Assembly: GCF_006345805.1 (NCBI RefSeq) | Contig: NW_021833271.1 | Span: 1-64,000, forward strand | DNA from: Octopus sinensis | Taxonomy: Eukaryota | Direction of reading: 5' to 3' | Length of the DNA: 64,000 nt | In this document: positions 56,327-64,000 of the stretch, piece after piece | Numbering within the stretch: position 1 is the first letter of the stretch | Layout of the letters: each line of letters opens with the position of its first letter | Notes under the pieces: model-generated | Told to the model about the DNA's origin: nothing | Seen by the model: only the letters and a program-made list of their open reading frames with translations | Database searches by the model: none | Position numbers and translations under genes: made by a program

Positions 56327-58699
56327 ACTCTTTTACTCTTTTACTCTTTTACTTGTTTCAGCCATCCGGCTGAGGCCATGCTGGGGCACCGCCCTTGTTG
56401 CTACCCTCTCTAAGTCCAGTTTGCCGTGGCTGGCCACTGATCTAAGAGAGAGTTTGTAGCTGCTGCCCTTAGGTTACCTTCGTACCTTGCAGTGGGTTCA
56501 TCTGGGATCCCGGAAAGCAGCTTGTCTAGATGTTTTTTGAAAATGTCCACATCCGCATCATGTAGATTCGTTCCATGACCTTACTTATGTGTGACGTCAG
56601 GGAGACTGGCCTGTAGTTTTTGGCCTCTGCTCTACTCCCTCCTTTGTGGATAGGGCATATGGTGCCTTCTTTTAGCGCCCTGGGCAGTTTACCGTTAGCC
56701 AAGGAACCACTGAAGAGCTTCTTCAGTGGTCCCGCTAGGGCATGCCTGCATGTTTGTAGGAGGACTGCTGGGAATCCATCTGGTCCAGCAGCTGAGTTTA
56801 TTCTCATTTCTTCTATGGCAGATATTACATCCCTCTCTGTTATTTCTATGTGGTCGATGGTTGTTGTTTGGTTTTGGAGTGTTGTGGCATCAAAGAAAAC
56901 TTCTGGGTTTGTGATTTGCATGTGCCCCAGAGGGGATGTGAACACACTTTTATACTGTTCCTTTAGTATTTCACTTATCCCTTGGGGGTCCTCAGTTAGA
57001 GAGCCCTTTTTATCAAAGAGTGGGCCAATCTTGCAGTGTACCGAGGTGCTTTCTTTCGCAAATTTAAAGAAGGCTTTAGGGTTTGTTTTAATATTCTCTA
57101 TGGCCCTGGCTTCTCTCTCTGCCCTCTCCTTCTCATAGGAAAGTTTGAGTGCAGTTTCCGTTTCAAAAAGTTTCAGGTGGAGACCCTCATTGTTTCTCTG
57201 CCGTGCATTCAGTTGCTTCGAGAGCTTAGCTCTTCGCCTCATAAGTATTTTCCTGTCTCTGGGAATAACGTTCCTATGCCCGCTGGCTTTTTTCTCCGGG
57301 ACAAACTTATGGCATATGTTCTGTATTGTTGTCATGAAATGTTGGAAATGTGTGTTGGTGTCTTGTGTGGTGATGAAGTCACTCCAGTCATGTTTTCGGA
57401 TCTCTTCGTTTATCTTCTTCCAGTTTGCCTTATGGAAGTTTAGACTGGATAGACCTGTGGTATTTTCTAATGGCTGCGTCTCAACTAACTCTCTCATACC
57501 ATATATCATTACCTCTACTAAGTTGTGATCTGAGAGAATTGTTGGTGTTACCATTATGTTGTGGATGAGCATCAGGTTGCTTGTGAAACAGAGGTCCAAG
57601 ACATTCTCACCTCTTGTTGGCCGAAGCACTGCTTGTTCCATGAAAAACTTGCGTGTGAGAGCCAACAAGGACTCTGTCTGTCTCTGTTCAAGTGATGTCA
57701 TTCCAGGGAGAAGATGGCCATCTGGCCATTTGACTTTCGGAAGGTTAAAATCTCCCAGCAGTAGAATGGTGTTACCTTGGTCCAGTTTGTCCAGGACTTC
57801 TTCTATTCTTCTGAGGCTATCTTCAAACACTCCTTCATGACTAGGGGTGTCTGGTGGCCGATATGTGACACATATTACTATTTTCGGTTGTTTCATGTGT
57901 ACTATCAGTGTGTCACAGACTGAGTTTGAGTGTGTCAACAGTACTATGGGTGTGACATCTTCACGGACGTACAGGGCAACCCCACCATGAGTTCTTTCCT
58001 TCCTGTCTGACCGAAAAACAGTATACTTTGGTACGTGTATTTCTGCATCTGCTATACTGCTTGACAGGTGCGTTTCAGTCAGCGCTATGCATATTGCATG
58101 GTTGCTTGTGCTTAAGTCCCTAAGGTAAGGAATTTTACTCATATTAGTGGGTTTCACCAGACCTCTGACATTCAGCAGAAGCACTGGTGAGATATTTGGG
58201 GTGTCAATAAAGGCTGACGGTGTGGCACCTGGGCTGGTGTCAGCGGTGGCCACCCTGGGTCCCTTGATTGTGGTGGTCTTGAGTGCTGTTGTGAGTGCCC
58301 CTGGCTCTGAAGACGATGTATCCAGGCCAGTTGTCCCTCAATTTTCTCTGCTATTTCCACAAAATTTCTTTGTTCTGCTGCTGCCGTCTGCATTTCCTCT
58401 GCAAATGTGCGCCTTCTCCTTGTTGGGGCATTACGCACTATGTCTGCATATTTCTGGGGCAGCTTGTATTTGTTCTGGTTTTGGTTTCGGTCTTGGTTTT
58501 GGTTAAGGCATTTTGGTCGAATGGGTTTGATGCAATTTCCATAGGGCCTGGGATGAGCGAACCTGCATCCTTCTCCTGTTTCTCCATGCCAGCAGGTTCC
58601 ATTCCGGAAGAATTTGCATGTTATCTGGGTTTTCTTGTCCCCAGTTCCTCTCTGTTTTCTCTTCCTCCGTTGGACGGTTGTCCACTGGTTCCTTTCTGC
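56327..58699 (-). mobile_element. CR1-clade LINE derivative: ORF1 3' part (CCCH finger), intact APE ORF, RT core deleted, intact 3' end and (AGTAAAAG)n tail
   Basis: 575-aa stop-free ORF with LNVRG, LTETHL, TYRPP, GDFNLP, LDLCFT and SDHN. It runs to NYRPVSLTSHISKVMERI, then jumps to the terminal region (FKKHLDKLLSGIPDEP..RAAATNSL). Flanked by (TA)n. Confidence 0.92.
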
Positions 58700-58986
58700 A
58701 TATATATATTTATATATGTATATGGATTTCGTAGACAGAAACTTCAAGAAATCAATCGTATATATATGTATGTATATATTTAAGTGTATGTGTGTGACTT
58801 TGTTTCTGTGTTTTACCCTCATCATTGTTTCACAACTGCTGTTCGTTTATTTATATCCCCATAACTTACTGTTTTCACAAGAAGTAACTAATAGAATAAG
58901 TACCAGGCTTATCAACATAAAAAAAGCACTACGCTGTGTCTCATATTTTTGTTTGCCCACTCAGTTGTATCTATCATATTTGTGTG

Positions 58987-59023
<37 letters not shown>

Positions 59024-59379
59024 CACACACACACACGTACATATATATATATACATGTATGTATATGTGTACATTCATATTTATTATATCAAAGACTGAA
59101 AGGAAATCTGCAATCAAATAACTTTACTCAACACTTTGCAACTGAATCAGTGGAGGCAAAGATGCCTCTCATTTTCTTGACAATTTATGCAGCACATTGC
59201 AGAAATCACAATCTAAGTGTATGTCAAAGTAAACTCTTACACTGTTGTACCACTGAATTACAAATAATGCTCATCTATGCTCGGATAATCACACAGCTTC
59301 CAAGAGTACAACTATTCGTCTTTGCTTAGATAAAATGACAAAATTGTGGGTGTTAAGTCCCCATGAAGGGGTCTTTCTA

Positions 59380-59722
59380 ACTCTGGTGAGGATGTAGTCA
59401 ATTTGGCTAGTGTGTCTGCCAGAACGGTAGGTGACTGGCAGTTTTCCTGAAGTTAGTATTGAAAACCATAAGATCATTTGCATCGCAGAACTCCAGCATC
59501 CTGGTTCCTTCCTCATTGTTGGAACCAAAACTGTAGCCTCCATGTAAGTCATGGAGGGTCCCCTGTATGTTGTCCAACATGTCCATTGAAGTCACCTGCC
59601 ACAAATAGAAGGTCCCTATCATTTGTCAACGAGGTAATCTGCAAGAGGGAGTCATAGAATCGGTCTTTCTGTCCATCGGGTAGCCTTGGCTGAGCGGCAT
59701 AGGCCGAGATAATGGTTGCTAG
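59380..59722 (-). mobile_element. RTE LINE endonuclease fragment
   Basis: IISAYAAQ..FYDSL..VAGDFNGHVG, HGGYSFGSNNEEGTRMLEFC and QIDYILTR. Confidence 0.85.
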
Positions 59723-59775
<53 letters not shown>

Positions 59776-60134
59776 TAATATATATATATATATTATATAT
59801 ATATATACATATATATATATACTTTAATGAAAAGCAGCAGAAATTTAACAAAAGCTGTTACTCAGAGTTTCATGTTCCCATTCGATGGACAGTTTTGTTA
59901 AAATAGAACAGAAATAACGATATGATCAAAAACTACTTAAAGGATGCCCCTTTAAAAATAGACTTGTTTCATTGGTCCTTTCAGTTAACAGTCTTAAGCA
60001 AGCAATGAACAAAATAAATAAAGTAAATGAATTCAATATAAATTCATCCAATTATAAAAACCGAAGAAAACCTCAAATCAAAGAGTGGATTCAAAAGACA
60101 TATTATAGATGATTATATACAAAATATAATTCAA

Positions 60135-60640
60135 CTAGTTTAACGTGACCCGCTCTACGCATGGGTGAGGGTGTGGTTGTTATTTTCTGTTGCTTCCTTT
60201 CTGTTTCTTTTCGCCCCATTCTCCCGCTTTGTTTCTCTCTCCTTTCTCTCTCACTTTCCCACTCTCTTACTCTTCCTTTCTCTCGGACTCTCCCTCGCTT
60301 TCTCTTACTCTTTATCTTTCTCTATCTTTCTCTCTCCCATTTATAAAAAAATTAAATTTCCACACTTAAATTACAAATCCGCTTCCACTTTATCATGTTG
60401 AAAATTTGATTGAAATCAGGCAAAAGATGTCCAATCTAGACCCCCAAGTGTCCTCCCAAATCAATAAAATCTCCGTTTTCAAACCAAAGCAACTACTGTT
60501 GCCCCCCAAAACGTCTCCCAATCAATTTCTGACCTCAAGTTATTCTCTCCTGTAAATTTTAATCCCCTTCCAGCCCCATTTAGACCCCATTTTACATAAA
60601 AATCAATTTGTATCAACGTTTGCCTTCTTCATTTTATAGA
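60135..60640 (-). mobile_element. Non-autonomous Helitron (~506 bp), abutting the 3' end of another Helitron-like piece
   Basis: The minus strand begins A|TCTATAAAATG and ends acccatgcgtagagcgggt..aaCTAG|T. It is preceded by cctgagcaaggctgggtatatctgc. Confidence 0.7.
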
Positions 60641-60858
60641 TTAGGCAGATATACCCAGCCTTGCTCAGGATTAAAATAGTTTATTATTGTTTTACTTGTT
60701 TTGGTATTATAACCCAATTTCATTTGGGTCTACACGGGCCACATTTTAAAAGATGAGGAATTTTGCCCTAGAGGTCATGCTTTTCAATTGAGCAAACTCA
60801 CTAGCACTTTTAACATAGGTGTGCATATTTTCAGCTCAATCCGACCACATATGTACAC

Positions 60859-60900
<42 letters not shown>

Positions 60901-61276
60901 CGCATTAAATATGTACATATATATGCATTATATATACATGTCTACACACACACATATATATATATTCACATATATATAAATATATACACTTTATACATGT
61001 ACACATATATATATATATCATCATCATCATTATCGTTTAATGTCCGCTTTCCATGCTAGCATGGGTTGGACGATTTGACTGAGGTCTGGCGAACCAGATG
61101 GCTGCACAGGGTCCAATCTGATCTGGCAGAGTTTCTACTGCTGGATGCCCTTCCTAACGCCAACCACTCCGAGAGTGTAGTGGGTGCTTTTATTATTGTC
61201 TTACGTGTTTCAGTATTATAACCCGATTTCATTCGGGTCTACATGGGCCACATTTTAAAAGATGAGGAATTTTGCC

Positions 61277-63070
61277 AAATACTCTTCTTGTGGCTGTCTC
61301 ACTTCGAAGATGACATCTGTGGAATTCTTTCCAGGTACAAAACCAAACTGCATCTCATCTAGTTTCATTCTATTTCTAATCAATTGAGCCATAACTCTCT
61401 CTAACATTCATGACTTGGTCTAGCAATTTAATACTTCTGTAATCGTTTCTATCTAAGGCATCACTTTTACCCTTGTAACTATTATACTACTACACTTGTC
61501 ATTGAGGATGGTGCTTTCCTGAATAACCTGATTAACTATGCAGGTGACTAAGCTGTATCCTACACCACCGGAAATTCTAATCATCTCGGTAATGACTCTT
61601 GATGGCTTAGGGGCTTTCATGTCCTTAATTGCCTTATCTATTTTACTTCTATCAACTCTGATGGCTAGTTCCTCAATTGGTTCGATATTTGGTAAACTCT
61701 CCTCCCATTCATATTCCACATTTAATAACATTTCATTGTGACACTGCTATACATCTTACTTCTATGATTTGCTAAGTGCAAGCATACCATTATCCATTTG
61801 CAAACATTTCTCACGCACCAAATCTCTATTCTCTCTGATACACTGCTTTGCAATCCTGAACATCTCATACTGTAGAACATTTTCTAATCTCTTACCTTCA
61901 GCTACTCCTTTTGCTATGCATACCTGACGCCTAGCTGCCCTTTTGGCTACCTGATATAATTCTCTGCTTCCTCTGGTTTTCCAGTTTTTCCAGGCCTGTC
62001 TTTTTGATTTTATAGCACTGTCAACTTCCTTGCTCCACAACCATGTCACCCTTGATCTAGCTGGGACTCTGCACCAACCACAGATTTCATCTGTAGCCCT
62101 CAGTAGATTGTCTCACAAGAACTTCCAATTGTCCTCTAAGCTATGTGTCCCCAACTCTTCCTCTCTTTCTTCAGAAGCTTCCATTAGTAAATCTCTAAAT
62201 TTTTGTCTGTTTGCTGGGTCTTTGAGCTCCTAATACTGTAGGAAAAGCATATATATGTATATATATATATATGCTCACAAGGGCTGCAATCACCCAAAAC
62301 AATGGAGAATTCCTGAGCCTCTGAGAGCACATATGTATACATTTATGTGCTTCTCTTATAGCATTAGGAACATTTTAGCTCTTATTTCTAATAATCCATT
62401 TTCCATGCTGGCATGAGTTTGGCAATTTAACTGCAAATGGTAAGCTGGAGAGCTACATGAGGCTCCAGTATATTTTGGTTTGGTTTTTATGGCTGGATAC
62501 CCTTCCTAGCACCAACTGCTCCAGTGAGTGTACTCGATGCCTTTTATGTGTCACTAGCACAGGTCCATCTTACATGTCACTGGTACAAGTGCCATTCACA
62601 CATCACCAGCACTAGGCCAGAATCAGAGTTCCACTTAGCCTGATGCCTCTTCCCATGCACAGCAATTTGCCAGAAGTCCTGGTCACTTGTCACTGCCTCC
62701 ATGAGACTCAACATCCAAAGATCACATTTCACCACCTCAACCCACATCTTCCTGGGTCGACCTCTTCCACAGTTTCCTTCCACAATAAGAATCTTTATGC
62801 AGCTGTCCCCATCCATATGCATCATTTGACCATACAGCAGTCCTCTCTCTAGCACACTGTATCTGATGCCTCTTATGCCCAATTTTTCTCTTAAGACGCA
62901 CTTTGTTGTATGTGCACATTGACATGCACAACCAGTGGAGCATACCAGCTTCATTTCTTTCAAGTCTTCACATGTCCTCTGCAGTCACAGCCCATGTTTC
63001 ACTGCCATGTAACATGGCTGTTCACACATAGGCATCATACAATCTGCTATTTACACTGAAGGAAAGGTCC
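61277..63070 (-). mobile_element. Decayed RTE LINE fragments (linker/RT start 61277-62170; 3' end 62380-63070)
   Basis: WSKEVDSAIKSKRQAWK, EWEESLPNIEP, GVGYSLVTCIVNQV and GRGRPRKMWVEVV. Confidence 0.8.
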
Positions 63071-64000
63071 TTTGTTACTATATATATCCTCTCTTCCAGA
63101 AGTAACAGGAATACATTCTTTTCAAAACTTTGGTCTAAATTCATCACCTCATCCTAACTTACATTGCCTTCCTTCCTTCTTGTTCCAGAATTACACACCT
63201 AAGCCTTATGTTTCCTTCTCTCTCCTACTTCTTTCTCCTCTTACTTCCACATGCCATTTCTGCTTGACTACTACACAATCTTCAGTTTGTCAACAGCCAC
63301 ACCCTCAGATGCTGCTTTTCCTGCTCCTTCTTTTCCCTTGCATCAAATCTTCTCTTTATCAATTCCATTCTGTTATTTCTCTTCTCACCTCTGTTTACCA
63401 TTTTATTTCTTTTGTGCATTAGCATCTGGCTTTTCATCATCTTAATGTATATTGTTTCATCTTCTTGAATTGGATGATTTTCCTGGAAACTTTTTACCTT
63501 CAATTTCTCTGGACTTTTTACCAATATCTTTGTTTTTATCAACACTGAATTTAAATATTTCTACCACATTTTAAAATTTTAGTTTAAACTGTCTCTCATT
63601 GTTTCACATCTGCTTTCCTTTGAATGCATTCTCCAACCTCTATATGCTTTTGGTGAAAACTTGCTCACACATCAATAATATCTTCCACCTTGTACTTATT
63701 GTCCAATCTGTTTCATCAATTTTTTCATATGTTCATACACACTCTCATCTCCTCACATACATGCTTTTACACAACCTACCTAAAAATTACACGCATACAC
63801 TACTATACTTGCACGTATCTATACACATAGACATCACATTAACACACACACACATACACACTCGGGTAAGACAGTTGGGGGACAGAGAGAATATAGATAT
63901 ATGTACCAAGCTCCATTGCCTGCTTTGACATGTTTTCTATGGTTGGATGCCCTTCAAAATGCCAACCACTTTACAGAGTGTACTGAGTGCCTTTTAACTG

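Noticed and set aside
59090-59329. Candidate cytoplasmic exon of the Ig receptor
   Set aside because: The phase-1 join gives an immediate stop, the acceptor is weak, and the phase-2 reading has no recognisable signalling features.
63282-63800. Lys/Glu-rich minus-strand ORF pieces as a neighbouring gene
   Set aside because: This is purine-skewed low-complexity sequence with stops in all frames and no domain motif.

Overview
AT-rich, microsatellite-dense animal genomic DNA. The RTE LINEs with (GAT)n tails, Nin-domain SINEs and CR1 (AGTAAAAG)n tails suggest an octopus-like cephalopod (inference). The only host gene I can support is a + strand type I membrane immunoglobulin-superfamily receptor. 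Five single-Ig-domain exons (5559-5813, 9633-9881, 31546-31793, 36868-37119, 44572-44880) and a transmembrane exon (51718-51819) are visible, all phase 1-1. Its 5' exons and cytoplasmic exon(s) were not found. Ig exons B and C carry four 1-bp losses that all sit in base runs, so they are either assembly error or a decaying pair of skippable exons. One intron uses a GC donor with a mariner about 10 nt downstream. The introns are packed with mobile-element remnants: RTE, CR1, Penelope-like, an RLE-type LINE, mariner, Helitron, a Chapaev-like transposase, a MITE and SINEs. Notable structures are an RT-less CR1 with an intact endonuclease ORF, a degenerate hammerhead-like motif after a Penelope remnant, two different Helitrons ending in the same AT-rich unit, a 3.3-kb inverted duplication, perfect intronic hairpins and a 98-bp minisatellite with higher-order structure. 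I see no prokaryote-type system, CRISPR array, rRNA or genuine tRNA. All coordinates and identities were read by eye.
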